Assembly (NCBI RefSeq): GCF_009931435.1
Contig: NZ_CP043414.1
Length of the DNA stretch: 64,000 nucleotides
Source: Escherichia coli
GTDB taxonomy: Bacteria; Pseudomonadota; Gammaproteobacteria; Enterobacterales; Enterobacteriaceae
Reading direction: 5' to 3' (one strand)
The translations under genes were made by a program, and so were the position numbers. The notes beneath the pieces are model-generated. The model saw nothing but the letters and a program-made list of their open reading frames with translations, did not search any database and was not told the DNA's origin. Below, piece after piece: positions 13,670-25,417 of this stretch; positions within the stretch are counted from its first letter, which is position 1, and each line of letters starts with the position of its first letter.

Positions 13670-14488
13670 ATGACCACACGCGTGATTGCACTCGACTTAG
13701 ACGGCACCTTATTGACCCCGAAAAAAACCTTGCTTCCTTCATCGATAGAAGCCCTGGCCCGCGCTCGCGAAGCAGGTTATCAATTAATCATCGTCACGGG
13801 CCGCCATCACGTCGCTATTCATCCTTTTTATCAGGCGCTGGCGCTGGATACACCTGCTATTTGCTGTAATGGCACCTATTTGTATGATTATCATGCAAAA
13901 ACAGTGCTTGAAGCCGATCCAATGCCCGTTAATAAAGCCCTGCAACTCATTGAGATGCTGAATGAACACCACATTCACGGTCTGATGTATGTGGATGATG
14001 CAATGGTCTATGAGCACCCGACCGGGCATGTCATTCGCACGTCTAACTGGGCGCAAACCCTGCCGCCGGAACAGCGTCCGACCTTTACCCAGGTTGCTTC
14101 ACTGGCCGAGACAGCGCAGGAAGTTAACGCAGTATGGAAGTTCGCCCTGACACACGATGACCTGCCGCAATTGCAGCATTTTGGTAAGCATGTTGAACAT
14201 GAATTGGGACTGGAGTGTGAATGGTCCTGGCACGATCAGGTTGATATTGCCCGCGGTGGTAACAGCAAAGGTAAACGCCTGACGAAATGGGTTGAGGCGC
14301 AAGGCTGGTCGATGGAAAACGTTGTCGCATTCGGCGATAATTTTAATGATATCAGTATGCTGGAAGCCGCTGGTACAGGCGTGGCGATGGGCAACGCTGA
14401 TGACGCAGTAAAAGCGCGCGCCAACATTGTGATTGGTGATAACACCACCGACAGCATTGCCCAGTTCATTTATAACCACCTGATTTAA
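13670..14488 (+). CDS. ybhA: HAD-family pyridoxal phosphate phosphatase YbhA
   Basis: ORF 13568-14488; start placed at ATG 13670 (MTTRVIALDLDGTLL, HAD motif I) giving 272 aa. Confidence 0.9.
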   Translation: MTTRVIALDLDGTLLTPKKTLLPSSIEALARAREAGYQLIIVTGRHHVAIHPFYQALALDTPAICCNGTYLYDYHAKTVLEADPMPVNKALQLIEMLNEHHIHGLMYVDDAMVYEHPTGHVIRTSNWAQTLPPEQRPTFTQVASLAETAQEVNAVWKFALTHDDLPQLQHFGKHVEHELGLECEWSWHDQVDIARGGNSKGKRLTKWVEAQGWSMENVVAFGDNFNDISMLEAAGTGVAMGNADDAVKARANIVIGDNTTDSIAQFIYNHLI

Positions 14489-15547
14489 TCAGGCGGTTAT
14501 CGAGACACTTTTAATTTGCGCGTATAGCCACAGGCCAGGTTTGATCGCCAGTTCATCCCTGGCCCACGGGCTTATTCGCGCCCACAGCGTTTTACCGCCG
14601 ACTTCCAGTTCCACTTCCACCTGGCCGTTGTCGTCATAACTATTAACAACTTTTGCCCGCAATACGTTACGAATGCTGGTTTGCTGCGGCGGTTGTAAAA
14701 CCAGCGAGACATCGGAAGCCTGAATGCGGATGCGTAGCGCAGCTTGCAGCGGTTCGTCCAGCTTATTGACCCACAAATGCTGATCGCCCAGCGCCAGTGC
14801 GGTCATCGCGTAATGCGGATGATGTTCCAGTACCGTTACTTTCAGAATGCTGCTTTGTTGCTCTTTCGGCAACCATGGATTCATCACGCTACTGCCCCAG
14901 ACGTCTTCCAGCGCACCGAACGCTTTCACCTGGCCGTTTTCCAGTACCATCACTCGGTCTGCCAGATGGAGGATCTCATCCAGTGAATGACTGACATAGA
15001 GCATCGGAATGTTGATTTCCCGCGTCAACCGTTGCAGATAAGGCAATAGCTCGCGTTTTCGCGGAAGATCCAATGATGCCAGCGGTTCATCCAGTAACAG
15101 CAATTCCGGTGCTGTCAGCAAAGCCCGACCAATCGCCACACGCTGTTTTTCGCCTCCGGACAGGCTGCCCGGTAAACGGTCAAGCAACGGTTCAATGCCT
15201 AAAAGCGCCACCAGCTTATCGAACTGATCGACCATGCTTTTCGCCATGCCGTAGCGCAGATTTCCACGTACTTTGTAATGCGGAAACAGCCGCGCATCCT
15301 GAAACACATAACCAACGCGACGCTTTTCTGGCGAAAGGCAGATCCTTTTTTCGGCGTCATTTAGTACCCGACCATTGAGGACAATCCGCCCTTTTTGTGG
15401 ACGTGTCAGCCCACTGATGGCATTAATCAGCGAGGTTTTTCCGGCACCAGAGACGCCAAAGATAGCAGTGATACCATTGGCGGGCAGCGTTTCATTAATG
15501 GTCAGGCAATGGTTGCCCAACGTCTGGGAAAAATTCAGTTCCAACAT
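14489..15547 (-). CDS. modC: molybdate ABC transporter ATPase
   Basis: 352 aa ORF with Walker [10 protein letters not shown] and ABC signature LSGGEKQR. Confidence 0.95.
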   Translation of the reverse strand: MLELNFSQTLGNHCLTINETLPANGITAIFGVSGAGKTSLINAISGLTRPQKGRIVLNGRVLNDAEKRICLSPEKRRVGYVFQDARLFPHYKVRGNLRYGMAKSMVDQFDKLVALLGIEPLLDRLPGSLSGGEKQRVAIGRALLTAPELLLLDEPLASLDLPRKRELLPYLQRLTREINIPMLYVSHSLDEILHLADRVMVLENGQVKAFGALEDVWGSSVMNPWLPKEQQSSILKVTVLEHHPHYAMTALALGDQHLWVNKLDEPLQAALRIRIQASDVSLVLQPPQQTSIRNVLRAKVVNSYDDNGQVEVELEVGGKTLWARISPWARDELAIKPGLWLYAQIKSVSITA

Positions 15548-15549
15548 GA

Positions 15550-16239
15550 TTAGCGCCCCGCCCGTTCACGGCTGATTCTGGCCAGCCATTCTGAAATCAA
15601 CAGGGAGATCATCGCCAGCGCAATAGAGATAATGCACAGTCTCGCCGCACCACTTTCCCCGCCGGGGGTCTGGATCAGGGTATACATGGCTGAAGGAATG
15701 GTTCGCGTTTCGCCAGGAATGTTAGAAACAAAGGTGATCGTTGCCCCAAACTCACCAAGCGAACGAGCGAATGCCAGTACCGTACCGACGATAATTCCCG
15801 GTAAGGTCAGCGGTAACGTGATAGTAAAGAACACGCGCCAGCGCCCTGCCCCCAATGTTCTTGCGGCCTGTTCCAGTTTGACATCAACCCCTTCCAGCGC
15901 CAGACGAATTGCCCGCACCATCAACGGAAACGACATCACGGCGGCAGCGAGAACCGCACCACGCCAGCTAAAGGCGAAGGTAATGCCAAACCAGTCATAC
16001 AGACGTTCACCGATAAATCCGCGCCGTCCCATCGAAACTAATAACAAGTAACCGACGACCACGGGCGGTAACACCAGCGGTAGATGCAGTACGCTATCGA
16101 GCAGAGCTTTGCCCGGAAATGTGCAACGCACCAGTAACCAGGCAAAAAAGATCCCAAACGGCAGGCTAAACAGCACAGCCAGGGAAGAAACTTTCAGGCT
16201 TAATAAAACCGCCTGCCATTCTGGATCGGTCAGTATCAT
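15550..16239 (-). CDS. modB: molybdate ABC transporter permease
   Basis: 229 aa membrane ORF between modA and modC. Confidence 0.95.
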   Translation of the reverse strand: MILTDPEWQAVLLSLKVSSLAVLFSLPFGIFFAWLLVRCTFPGKALLDSVLHLPLVLPPVVVGYLLLVSMGRRGFIGERLYDWFGITFAFSWRGAVLAAAVMSFPLMVRAIRLALEGVDVKLEQAARTLGAGRWRVFFTITLPLTLPGIIVGTVLAFARSLGEFGATITFVSNIPGETRTIPSAMYTLIQTPGGESGAARLCIISIALAMISLLISEWLARISRERAGR

Positions 16240-17012
16240 TACTTGGTTGTAAATCCGTAGCGTTTAAAAATTTCCGCAGCCTGCGGTCCCTTCAGATAAT
16301 CATAAAATGCTTTTACTGTCGCATTGTTATGTCCTTCCACAACAGCAACCGGATATTCCACTTTTTTATGTGAATCTTCCGGGAAGGTGGCAACCACTTT
16401 TACCCCTTTGCTGGCAACTGCGTCAGAACCGTAAACAATGCCCAGCGGCGCTTCATTGCGTTCGACCAACGCCAGCGCGCCACGAACATCTTCCGCCGGA
16501 GCCAGTTTCGGGGAGAGCGTATCCCATGCGCCCAGTTTTTGCAGTGCTTCTTTTGCATAAATGCCAGCGGGAACATGTTCCGGATCACCAACCGCCAGGC
16601 GACCGCCATTCAGCAGCGAAGTCCAGTTGGTTTTGCTGTCAATGGAGAAATCTTTCTGCTCGCTGGCTTTCGGTGCTACAACAACCAGGCTATTACCGAG
16701 TAGAGTCTGACGCGAAGCTGTATCGATCGCTTTTTTATTAACTGCATAATCCATCCATTTCTGATCGGCAGAGATAAACAGATCCGCAGGCGCTCCCGCT
16801 TCAATCTGACGGGCGAGAGTAGATGACGAAGCGAAAGAAGAAACCACATCCACGTCTTTCTCTTTTTTATACTGCGTAGCAATGTCCTGCATTGCGTTAG
16901 TCAGTGATGCGGCGGCGAATACCGTGATTTTCCCTTCATCTGCCAGTGCATTGCCAGCAGCAGCGAAAGAGAGTGCCGCCCCGGCAAACAAGTTCAACCA
17001 TTTACGAGCCAT
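16239..17012 (-). CDS. modA: molybdate periplasmic binding protein
   Basis: 257 aa ORF with signal peptide; ATG at 17010-17012. Confidence 0.95.
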   Translation of the reverse strand: MARKWLNLFAGAALSFAAAGNALADEGKITVFAAASLTNAMQDIATQYKKEKDVDVVSSFASSSTLARQIEAGAPADLFISADQKWMDYAVNKKAIDTASRQTLLGNSLVVVAPKASEQKDFSIDSKTNWTSLLNGGRLAVGDPEHVPAGIYAKEALQKLGAWDTLSPKLAPAEDVRGALALVERNEAPLGIVYGSDAVASKGVKVVATFPEDSHKKVEYPVAVVEGHNNATVKAFYDYLKGPQAAEIFKRYGFTTK

Positions 17013-17031
17013 TGGTAACCCCTTAATGTGA

Positions 17032-17055
17032 CGTTATGTAGGCGACAATATAACG
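17032..17055. promoter_or_regulatory. ModE operator at modABC promoter
   Basis: Minus-strand reading cgttatattgtcgcctacataacg matches the remembered ModE site; located 20 nt upstream of modA ATG. Confidence 0.7.
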
Positions 17056-17140
17056 GCAAGTTCAGAATTTTCCCAGCAGTTATTGCTAACCTTTGTGAGG
17101 TTGATGAAAAAAATATCGGCAGGAAAAGCAGGAAGTTGAG

Positions 17141-17170
17141 AAAAAGAAAATGCCCGACTAAGCGGGCATT
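17141..17170 (-). terminator. Rho-independent terminator of acrZ
   Basis: Stem atgcccg / cgggcat with 6-nt loop, followed on the minus strand by TTTTCTTTTT. Confidence 0.6.
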
Positions 17171-17177
17171 CAGAGAA

Positions 17178-17345
<168 letters not shown>

Positions 17346-17455
17346 TCATGAGACTATTCTAACCGCTAAGCACAGAAAAGCACTCCCCTTTTGTGCGGTC
17401 AGCTTTGCGTGGCGTTCGTTTTCCGTCACAATAAGACTTTTGCCAGGACATTGTT

Positions 17456-18244
17456 ATGCAGGCCGAAATCCTTCTCACCCTTAAGCTCCAACAAAAATTA
17501 TTCGCCGACCCGCGCCGCATTTCGTTACTAAAACACATTGCGCTTTCCGGTTCCATTAGCCAGGGAGCGAAAGATGCCGGTATCAGCTATAAAAGCGCCT
17601 GGGATGCCATTAACGAGATGAATCAGTTAAGTGAGCATATTCTGGTTGAGCGCGCAACAGGCGGTAAAGGTGGCGGCGGCGCAGTACTGACCCGCTATGG
17701 TCAGCGACTGATTCAGCTCTATGATTTACTGGCGCAAATCCAGCAAAAAGCCTTTGATGTGTTAAGTGACGATGACGCCTTGCCGCTGAACAGCCTGCTG
17801 GCCGCGATCTCACGTTTTTCACTGCAGACCAGTGCCCGTAACCAGTGGTTTGGCACCATCACCGCCCGCGATCATGATGACATTCAACAACATGTTGATG
17901 TCTTACTGGCCGATGGCAAAACACGCCTTAAAGTCGCGATTACCGCACAAAGTGGCGCACGTCTGGGACTGGATGAAGGCAAAGAAGTGTTGATTCTGCT
18001 GAAAGCGCCGTGGGTGAACATTACTCAGGATGACACTGTCGCCCAGGGTGCCGACAACCAATTGCCGGGCATTATTCGTCATATAGAGCGCGGTGCAGAA
18101 CAGTGCGAAGTATTAATGGCGTTACCTGACGGGCAAACTCTGTGCGCCACGGTGCCGATAAATGAAGCAGCTTCTCTTGAACAAGGGCAGAATGCCACGG
18201 CTTACTTTAACGCCGACAGCGTGATTATCGCTACGCTTTGCTAA
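17456..18244 (+). CDS. modE: molybdate-responsive transcriptional regulator
   Basis: 262 aa ORF divergent from acrZ/modABC. Confidence 0.95.
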   Translation: MQAEILLTLKLQQKLFADPRRISLLKHIALSGSISQGAKDAGISYKSAWDAINEMNQLSEHILVERATGGKGGGGAVLTRYGQRLIQLYDLLAQIQQKAFDVLSDDDALPLNSLLAAISRFSLQTSARNQWFGTITARDHDDIQQHVDVLLADGKTRLKVAITAQSGARLGLDEGKEVLILLKAPWVNITQDDTVAQGADNQLPGIIRHIERGAEQCEVLMALPDGQTLCATVPINEAASLEQGQNATAYFNADSVIIATLC

Positions 18245-18311
18245 GCGTGTTGACAATTTGTTATGAAACACGTATCCCTGTCAGTAATCGCTGCAAAAAA
18301 TGGGATATAAA

Positions 18312-19784
18312 ATGTCATCGTTGCAAATTTTGCAAGGCACGTTTCGTCTTAGCGACACAAAAACGCTGCAATTGTCTCAGCTAACGTTAAACGCGGGTGA
18401 TAGTTGGGCGTTTGTCGGTTCGAATGGAAGCGGGAAGTCGGCGCTGGCCCGCGCGCTGGCGGGGGAACTTCCGTTTTTGAAAGGTGAACGACAAAGTCAG
18501 TTTTCCCACATCACTCGTCTCTCCTTCGAGCAATTGCAAAAGCTCGTCAGCGACGAATGGCAACGGAATAACACCGATATGCTCGGCCCTGGCGAAGATG
18601 ACACCGGACGCACTACGGCTGAAATCATTCAGGATGAAATTAAGGATGCACAGCGTTGTGCGCAGTTGGCGCAGCAGTTCGGCATTACCGCCCTTCTCGA
18701 CCGACGCTTTAAATACCTTTCCACTGGCGAGACGCGAAAAACCCTGCTGTGTCAGGCGCTGATGTCGGAGCCAGACTTGTTGATTCTTGATGAGCCGTTC
18801 GATGGCCTGGATGTTGCCTCACGTCAGCAGCTGGCTGAGCGACTCGCCTCGTTACATCAGTCCGGTATTACCCTGGTACTGGTGCTCAATCGCTTCGATG
18901 AGATCCCGGAATTTGTCCAGTTTGCTGGCGTGCTGGCGGATTGCACGTTAGCGGAAACTGGTGCTAAAGAGGAACTGCTGCAACAGGCACTTGTCGCGCA
19001 ACTGGCGCATAGCGAGCGGCTAGAAGGTGTACAACTGCCGGAGCCGGATGTACCTTCAGCACGTCACGCCTTACCCGCCAACGAACCGCGCATTGTGCTG
19101 AACAATGGCGTGGTTTCTTATAACGATCGCCCCATTCTTAATAACCTTAGCTGGCAGGTGAATCCAGGCGAACACTGGCAAATTGTCGGGCCAAATGGCG
19201 CGGGAAAATCGACGCTATTAAGCCTGATTACAGGCGATCATCCGCAAGGTTACAGCAACGATTTAACACTTTTCGGCCGACGTCGCGGCAGCGGCGAAAC
19301 CATCTGGGACATCAAAAAGCATATCGGTTACGTCAGCAGTAGTTTGCATCTGGATTACCGGGTCAGCACTACCGTGCGTAATGTGATCCTTTCTGGCTAT
19401 TTTGATTCGATTGGCATTTATCAGGCCGTTTCAGATCGCCAGCAAAAACTGGTGCAGCAGTGGCTGGATATTCTCGGCATTGATAAACGCACGGCTGACG
19501 CGCCTTACCATAGTCTTTCCTGGGGACAGCAACGTCTGGCGCTGATCGTCCGCGCGCTGGTGAAACATCCGACGTTGCTTATTCTCGATGAACCACTACA
19601 GGGGCTTGATCCGCTCAATCGCCAGCTTATCCGCCGGTTTGTTGATGTGCTGATTAGCGAAGGTGAAACGCAATTGTTGTTTGTTTCGCACCACGCCGAA
19701 GATGCGCCTGCCTGTATTACCCATCGTCTTGAGTTCGTGCCGGACGGTGAACTCTATCGCTATGTGCTGACAAAAATAAACTGA
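18312..19784 (+). CDS. modF: ABC-type ATPase ModF (two ABC domains)
   Basis: ORF 18300-19784; start placed at Met5 (MSSLQILQG) giving 490 aa; two Walker A motifs. Confidence 0.9.
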   Translation: MSSLQILQGTFRLSDTKTLQLSQLTLNAGDSWAFVGSNGSGKSALARALAGELPFLKGERQSQFSHITRLSFEQLQKLVSDEWQRNNTDMLGPGEDDTGRTTAEIIQDEIKDAQRCAQLAQQFGITALLDRRFKYLSTGETRKTLLCQALMSEPDLLILDEPFDGLDVASRQQLAERLASLHQSGITLVLVLNRFDEIPEFVQFAGVLADCTLAETGAKEELLQQALVAQLAHSERLEGVQLPEPDVPSARHALPANEPRIVLNNGVVSYNDRPILNNLSWQVNPGEHWQIVGPNGAGKSTLLSLITGDHPQGYSNDLTLFGRRRGSGETIWDIKKHIGYVSSSLHLDYRVSTTVRNVILSGYFDSIGIYQAVSDRQQKLVQQWLDILGIDKRTADAPYHSLSWGQQRLALIVRALVKHPTLLILDEPLQGLDPLNRQLIRRFVDVLISEGETQLLFVSHHAEDAPACITHRLEFVPDGELYRYVLTKIN

Positions 19785-19800
19785 GTCGGTAATGCTGACT

Positions 19801-19836
19801 GTACCGGAGGCGGCCTAAGCGCCCTCTCCGGCCTAC
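19801..19836. repeat. REP-like palindromic element downstream of modF
   Basis: ccggaggcggcc...gccctctccggcctac resembles REP. Confidence 0.45.
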
Positions 19837-19952
19837 AGTTCGACGCATCCAGGCATGAAACCGCGTCTTTTTTTTCAGATAAAAAGCGCAATCATTCATA
19901 AAGCCGCTGTTTTATAATCACTTAATCGCGCATAAAAAACGGCTAAATTCTT

Positions 19953-19968
19953 GTGTAAACGATTCCAC
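19953..19968. promoter_or_regulatory. gal external operator OE (GalR/GalS)
   Basis: gtgtaaacgattccac upstream of galE. Confidence 0.65.
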
Positions 19969-19971
19969 TAA

Positions 19972-19993
19972 TTTATTCCATGTCACACTTTTC
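19972..19993. promoter_or_regulatory. CRP site of gal P1/P2 region
   Basis: tttattccatgtcacacttttc adjacent to the tatgctatggtt -10 elements (20004-20014). Confidence 0.55.
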
Positions 19994-20046
19994 GCATCTT
20001 TGTTATGCTATGGTTATTTCATACCATAAGCCTAATGGAGCGAATT

Positions 20047-21063
20047 ATGAGAGTTCTGGTTACCGGTGGTAGCGGTTACATTGGAAGTCATACCTGTGTG
20101 CAATTACTGCAAAACGGTCATGATGTCATCATTCTTGATAACCTCTGTAACAGTAAGCGCAGCGTACTGCCTGTTATCGAGCGTTTAGGCGGCAAACATC
20201 CAACGTTTGTTGAAGGCGATATCCGTAACGAAGCGTTGATGACCGAGATCCTGCACGATCACGCTATCGACACCGTGATCCACTTCGCCGGGCTAAAAGC
20301 CGTTGGCGAATCGGTACAAAAACCGCTGGAATATTACGACAACAATGTCAACGGCACCCTGCGCCTGATTAGCGCCATGCGCGCCGCTAACGTCAAAAAC
20401 TTTATTTTTAGCTCCTCCGCCACCGTTTATGGCGATCAGCCCAAAATTCCATATGTTGAAAGCTTCCCGACCGGCACACCGCAAAGCCCTTACGGCAAAA
20501 GCAAGCTGATGGTGGAACAGATCCTCACCGATCTGCAAAAAGCCCAGCCGGACTGGAGCATTGCCCTGCTGCGCTATTTCAACCCGGTTGGCGCGCATCC
20601 GTCGGGCGATATGGGCGAAGATCCGCAAGGTATTCCGAATAACCTGATGCCATACATCGCCCAGGTTGCTGTAGGCCGTCGCGACTCGCTGGCGATTTTT
20701 GGTAACGATTATCCGACCGAAGACGGTACTGGCGTGCGCGATTACATCCACGTAATGGATCTGGCGGACGGTCACGTCGTGGCGATGGAAAAACTGGCGA
20801 ACAAGCCAGGCGTACACATCTACAACCTCGGCGCTGGCGTGGGCAGCAGCGTGCTGGACGTGGTTAATGCCTTCAGCAAAGCCTGCGGCAAACCGGTTAA
20901 TTATCATTTTGCACCGCGTCGCGAGGGCGACCTTCCGGCCTACTGGGCGGACGCCAGCAAAGCCGACCGTGAACTGAACTGGCGCGTAACGCGCACACTC
21001 GATGAAATGGCGCAGGACACCTGGCACTGGCAGTCACGCCATCCACAGGGATATCCCGATTAA
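20047..21063 (+). CDS. galE: UDP-glucose 4-epimerase
   Basis: ORF 20005-21063; start placed at ATG 20047 (MRVLVTGGSGYIGSH, Rossmann motif) giving 338 aa. Confidence 0.95.
   Translation: MRVLVTGGSGYIGSHTCVQLLQNGHDVIILDNLCNSKRSVLPVIERLGGKHPTFVEGDIRNEALMTEILHDHAIDTVIHFAGLKAVGESVQKPLEYYDNNVNGTLRLISAMRAANVKNFIFSSSATVYGDQPKIPYVESFPTGTPQSPYGKSKLMVEQILTDLQKAQPDWSIALLRYFNPVGAHPSGDMGEDPQGIPNNLMPYIAQVAVGRRDSLAIFGNDYPTEDGTGVRDYIHVMDLADGHVVAMEKLANKPGVHIYNLGAGVGSSVLDVVNAFSKACGKPVNYHFAPRREGDLPAYWADASKADRELNWRVTRTLDEMAQDTWHWQSRHPQGYPD
20066..20081. promoter_or_regulatory. gal internal operator OI inside galE
   Basis: gtggtagcggttacat within the first codons of galE. Confidence 0.6.
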
Positions 21064-21072
21064 GGAACGACC

Positions 21073-22119
21073 ATGACGCAATTTAATCCCGTTGATCATC
21101 CACATCGCCGCTACAACCCGCTCACCGGGCAATGGATTCTGGTTTCACCGCACCGCGCTAAGCGCCCCTGGCAGGGGGCGCAGGAAACGCCAGCCAAACA
21201 GGTGTTACCTGCGCACGATCCAGATTGCTTCCTCTGCGCAGGTAATGTGCGGGTGACAGGCGATAAAAACCCCGATTACACCGGGACTTACGTTTTCACT
21301 AATGACTTTGCGGCCTTGATGTCTGACACGCCAGATGCGCCAGAAAGCAACGATCCTTTGATGCGTTGTCAGAGCGCGCGCGGTACCAGCCGGGTGATCT
21401 GCTTTTCACCGGATCACAGTAAAACGCTGCCAGAACTGAGCGTTGCGGCATTGACGGAAATCGTCAAAACCTGGCAGGAGCAAACCGCAGAACTGGGGAA
21501 AACATACCCGTGGGTGCAGGTCTTTGAAAACAAAGGCGCGGCGATGGGCTGCTCTAACCCGCATCCGCACGGACAGATTTGGGCAAATAGCTTCCTGCCT
21601 AACGAAGCTGAGCGCGAAGACCGCCTGCAAAAAGAATATTTCGCCGGGCAGAAATCACCAATGCTGGTGGATTATGTTCAGCGCGAGCTGGCAGACGGTA
21701 GCCGTACCGTTGTCGAAACCGAACACTGGTTAGCCGTTGTGCCTTACTGGGCTGCCTGGCCGTTCGAAACGCTACTGCTGCCCAAAGCCCACGTTTTGCG
21801 GATCACCGATTTGACCGACGCCCAGCGCAGCGATTTGGCGCTGGCGTTGAAAAAGCTGACCAGTCGTTATGACAACCTCTTCCAGTGCTCCTTCCCCTAC
21901 TCTATGGGCTGGCACGGCGCGCCATTTAATGGCGAAGAGAATCAACACTGGCAGCTGCACGCGCACTTTTATCCGCCTCTGTTACGCTCCGCCACCGTAC
22001 GTAAATTTATGGTTGGTTATGAAATGCTGGCAGAGACCCAGCGAGACCTGACCGCAGAACAGGCAGCAGAGCGTTTGCGCGCAGTCAGCGATATCCATTT
22101 TCGCGAATCCGGAGTGTAA
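21073..22119 (+). CDS. galT: galactose-1-phosphate uridylyltransferase
   Basis: 348 aa ORF with HPHGQ active-site motif. Confidence 0.95.
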   Translation: MTQFNPVDHPHRRYNPLTGQWILVSPHRAKRPWQGAQETPAKQVLPAHDPDCFLCAGNVRVTGDKNPDYTGTYVFTNDFAALMSDTPDAPESNDPLMRCQSARGTSRVICFSPDHSKTLPELSVAALTEIVKTWQEQTAELGKTYPWVQVFENKGAAMGCSNPHPHGQIWANSFLPNEAEREDRLQKEYFAGQKSPMLVDYVQRELADGSRTVVETEHWLAVVPYWAAWPFETLLLPKAHVLRITDLTDAQRSDLALALKKLTSRYDNLFQCSFPYSMGWHGAPFNGEENQHWQLHAHFYPPLLRSATVRKFMVGYEMLAETQRDLTAEQAAERLRAVSDIHFRESGV

Positions 22120-22122
22120 GAA

Positions 22123-23271
22123 ATGAGTCTGAAAGAAAAAACACAATCTCTGTTTGCCAACGCATTTGGCTACCCTGCCACTCACACCATTCAGGCGCCT
22201 GGCCGCGTGAATTTGATTGGTGAACACACCGACTACAACGACGGTTTCGTTCTGCCCTGCGCGATTGATTATCAAACCGTGATCAGTTGTGCACCACGCG
22301 ATGACCGTAAAGTTCGCGTGATGGCAGCCGATTATGAAAATCAGCTTGACGAGTTTTCCCTTGATGCGCCTATTGTCGCACATGAAAACTATCAATGGGC
22401 TAACTACGTCCGTGGCGTAGTGAAACATCTGCAACTGCGTAACAACAACTTTGGCGGTGTGGACATGGTGATCAGCGGCAATGTGCCGCAGGGTGCAGGG
22501 TTAAGTTCTTCCGCTTCACTGGAAGTCGCGGTCGGAACCGTATTGCAGCAACTTTATCATCTGCCGCTGGACGGCGCACAAATCGCACTTAACGGCCAGG
22601 AAGCAGAAAACCAGTTTGTTGGCTGTAACTGTGGGATCATGGATCAGCTGATTTCCGCGCTCGGCAAAAAAGATCATGCCTTGCTGATCGATTGCCGCTC
22701 ACTGGGCACCAAAGCGGTTTCCATGCCGAAAGGTGTGGCTGTCGTCATCATCAACAGTAACTTCAAACGTACCCTGGTTGGCAGCGAATACAACACCCGT
22801 CGTGAACAGTGCGAAACCGGCGCGCGTTTCTTCCAGCAGCCAGCCCTGCGCGATGTCACTATTGAGGAGTTCAACGCTGTTGCACATGAACTGGACCCGA
22901 TCGTGGCGAAACGCGTGCGTCATATCCTGACTGAAAACGCCCGTACCGTTGAAGCAGCCAGCGCACTGGAGCAAGGCGACCTGAAACGTATGGGCGAGTT
23001 GATGGCGGAGTCTCATGCTTCTATGCGCGATGATTTCGAAATCACCGTGCCGCAAATTGACACTCTGGTAGAAATCGTCAAAGCTGTGATTGGCGACAAA
23101 GGTGGCGTACGCATGACTGGCGGCGGATTTGGCGGCTGTATCGTCGCACTGATCCCGGAAGAGCTGGTGCCTGCCGTACAGCAGGCTGTCGCTGAACAAT
23201 ATGAAGCAAAAACAGGTATTAAAGAGACTTTTTACGTTTGTAAACCATCACAAGGAGCAGGACAGTGCTGA
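22123..23271 (+). CDS. galK: galactokinase
   Basis: 382 aa GHMP kinase ORF. Confidence 0.95.
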   Translation: MSLKEKTQSLFANAFGYPATHTIQAPGRVNLIGEHTDYNDGFVLPCAIDYQTVISCAPRDDRKVRVMAADYENQLDEFSLDAPIVAHENYQWANYVRGVVKHLQLRNNNFGGVDMVISGNVPQGAGLSSSASLEVAVGTVLQQLYHLPLDGAQIALNGQEAENQFVGCNCGIMDQLISALGKKDHALLIDCRSLGTKAVSMPKGVAVVIINSNFKRTLVGSEYNTRREQCETGARFFQQPALRDVTIEEFNAVAHELDPIVAKRVRHILTENARTVEAASALEQGDLKRMGELMAESHASMRDDFEITVPQIDTLVEIVKAVIGDKGGVRMTGGGFGGCIVALIPEELVPAVQQAVAEQYEAKTGIKETFYVCKPSQGAGQC

Positions 23272-24305
23272 ACGAAACTCCCGCACTGGCACCCGATGGT
23301 CAGCCGTACCGACTGTTAACTTTGCGGAACAACGCAGGGATGGTAGTCACGCTGATGGACTGGGGTGCGACTTTACTTTCCGCCCGTATTCCGCTTTCCG
23401 ATGGCAGCGTCCGCGAGGCGCTGCTTGGCTGCGCCAGCCCGGAATGCTATCAGGATCAGGCCGCGTTTCTGGGGGCCTCTATTGGTCGTTATGCCAACCG
23501 CATCGCCAATAGCCGTTATACCTTTGACGGTGAAACCGTGACGCTTTCGCCAAGTCAGGGCGTTAACCAGCTGCACGGCGGCCCGGAAGGGTTCGACAAA
23601 CGTCGCTGGCAGATTGTAAATCAGAACGATCGTCAGGTGCTATTTGCCCTGAGTTCAGAAGACGGCGATCAAGGCTTTCCGGGGAATCTCGGCGCGACAG
23701 TGCAGTATCGTCTGACCGACGATAACCGTATCTCCATTACTTATCGCGCCACAGTTGATAAACCTTGCCCGGTGAATATGACTAATCACGTCTATTTCAA
23801 CCTCGACGGCGAGCAGTCTGACGTGCGCAATCACAAGTTGCAGATTCTGGCGGACGAATATCTGCCGGTTGATGAAGCCGGTATTCCGCACGACGGTCTG
23901 AAATCTGTCGCCGGAACATCTTTTGATTTCCGCAGCGCCAAAATCATCGCCAGTGAGTTTCTTGCCGACGACGAACAGCGCAAAGTGAAAGGTTACGATC
24001 ATGCGTTCTTGTTACAGGCCAAAGGCGATGGCAAGAAAGTGGCGGCGCATGTCTGGTCAGCAGATGAAAAATTGCAGCTGAAGGTCTACACCACCGCTCC
24101 GGCTCTGCAATTCTACTCCGGCAACTTCCTCGGCGGCACACCGTCGCGGGGAACCGAACCTTACGCCGACTGGCAAGGGCTGGCGTTGGAAAGCGAGTTT
24201 CTGCCGGACAGCCCGAACCACCCTGAATGGCCGCAACCGGACTGTTTCCTGCGTCCTGGCGAAGAGTATTCCAGCCTGACGGAATATCAGTTTATTGCTG
24301 AGTAA
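23265..24305 (+). CDS. galM: aldose 1-epimerase (galactose mutarotase)
   Basis: 346 aa ORF overlapping galK end by 7 nt. Confidence 0.95.
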   Translation: MLNETPALAPDGQPYRLLTLRNNAGMVVTLMDWGATLLSARIPLSDGSVREALLGCASPECYQDQAAFLGASIGRYANRIANSRYTFDGETVTLSPSQGVNQLHGGPEGFDKRRWQIVNQNDRQVLFALSSEDGDQGFPGNLGATVQYRLTDDNRISITYRATVDKPCPVNMTNHVYFNLDGEQSDVRNHKLQILADEYLPVDEAGIPHDGLKSVAGTSFDFRSAKIIASEFLADDEQRKVKGYDHAFLLQAKGDGKKVAAHVWSADEKLQLKVYTTAPALQFYSGNFLGGTPSRGTEPYADWQGLALESEFLPDSPNHPEWPQPDCFLRPGEEYSSLTEYQFIAE

Positions 24306-24507
24306 TGTTAAGCCCTCGTCATGAGGGCTTTATCCTCATATTGTTCAAATCACCAGCAAACACCGACATATTTGCAACTCAATATTCACAACAACCTTAC
24401 ACTGCGACACTATTTTCGCTATGGTTATGCGTAAGCATTGCTGTTGCTTCGTCACGGCAATATAATGAGAATTATTATCATTAAAAGATGATTTGAGGAG
24501 TAAGTAT

Positions 24508-25260
24508 ATGGCTGTAACTAAGCTGGTTCTGGTTCGTCATGGCGAAAGTCAGTGGAACAAAGAAAACCGTTTCACCGGTTGGTACGACGTGGATCTGTCT
24601 GAGAAAGGCGTAAGCGAAGCAAAAGCAGCTGGTAAGCTGCTGAAAGAGGAAGGTTACAGCTTTGATTTTGCTTACACCTCTGTGCTGAAACGCGCTATCC
24701 ATACCCTGTGGAATGTGCTGGACGAACTGGATCAGGCATGGCTGCCCGTTGAGAAATCCTGGAAACTGAACGAACGTCACTACGGTGCGTTGCAGGGTCT
24801 GAACAAAGCGGAAACTGCTGAAAAGTATGGCGACGAGCAGGTGAAACAGTGGCGTCGTGGTTTTGCGGTAACTCCGCCGGAACTGACTAAAGATGATGAG
24901 CGTTATCCGGGCCACGATCCACGTTACGCGAAGCTGAGCGAGAAAGAGCTGCCACTGACGGAAAGCCTGGCGCTGACCATTGACCGCGTGATCCCTTACT
25001 GGAATGAAACTATTCTGCCGCGAATGAAGAGCGGTGAGCGCGTGATCATCGCCGCACACGGTAACTCGTTACGTGCGCTGGTGAAATATCTCGATAATAT
25101 GAGCGAAGAAGAGATTCTTGAGCTGAATATCCCGACTGGCGTGCCACTGGTTTATGAATTCGACGAGAATTTCAAACCGCTGAAACGCTATTATCTGGGT
25201 AATGCTGACGAGATCGCGGCGAAAGCAGCGGCCGTTGCTAACCAGGGTAAAGCGAAGTAA
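24508..25260 (+). CDS. gpmA: 2,3-bisphosphoglycerate-dependent phosphoglycerate mutase
   Basis: ORF 24493-25260; start placed at ATG 24508 ([17 protein letters not shown]) giving 250 aa. Confidence 0.95.
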
Positions 25261-25284
25261 ACGTCATTCGCTTAAAAATGAGAA

Positions 25285-25312
25285 AGCCGACTGCAAGTGA
25301 GTCGGCTTTTTT
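25285..25312 (+). terminator. Rho-independent terminator of gpmA
   Basis: 8-bp stem agccgact / agtcggct, 7-nt loop, followed by TTTTTT. Confidence 0.7.
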
Positions 25313-25334
25313 GTTGCTAACAATGGAGCACATT

Positions 25335-25408
25335 GCCTGATGCGACGCTGCGCGTCTTATCAGGCCTACGGTGATTCATCGGATAACCACTGTGACGGCG
25401 CATCCGAC
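25335..25408. repeat. REP/BIME element between gpmA and aroG
   Basis: gcctgatgcgacgctgcgcgtcttatcaggcctac plus inverted partner. Confidence 0.7.
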
Positions 25409-25417
25409 AATTAAACT

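Noticed and set aside
20293-21027. 244 aa minus-strand ORF
   Set aside because: Antisense to galE.
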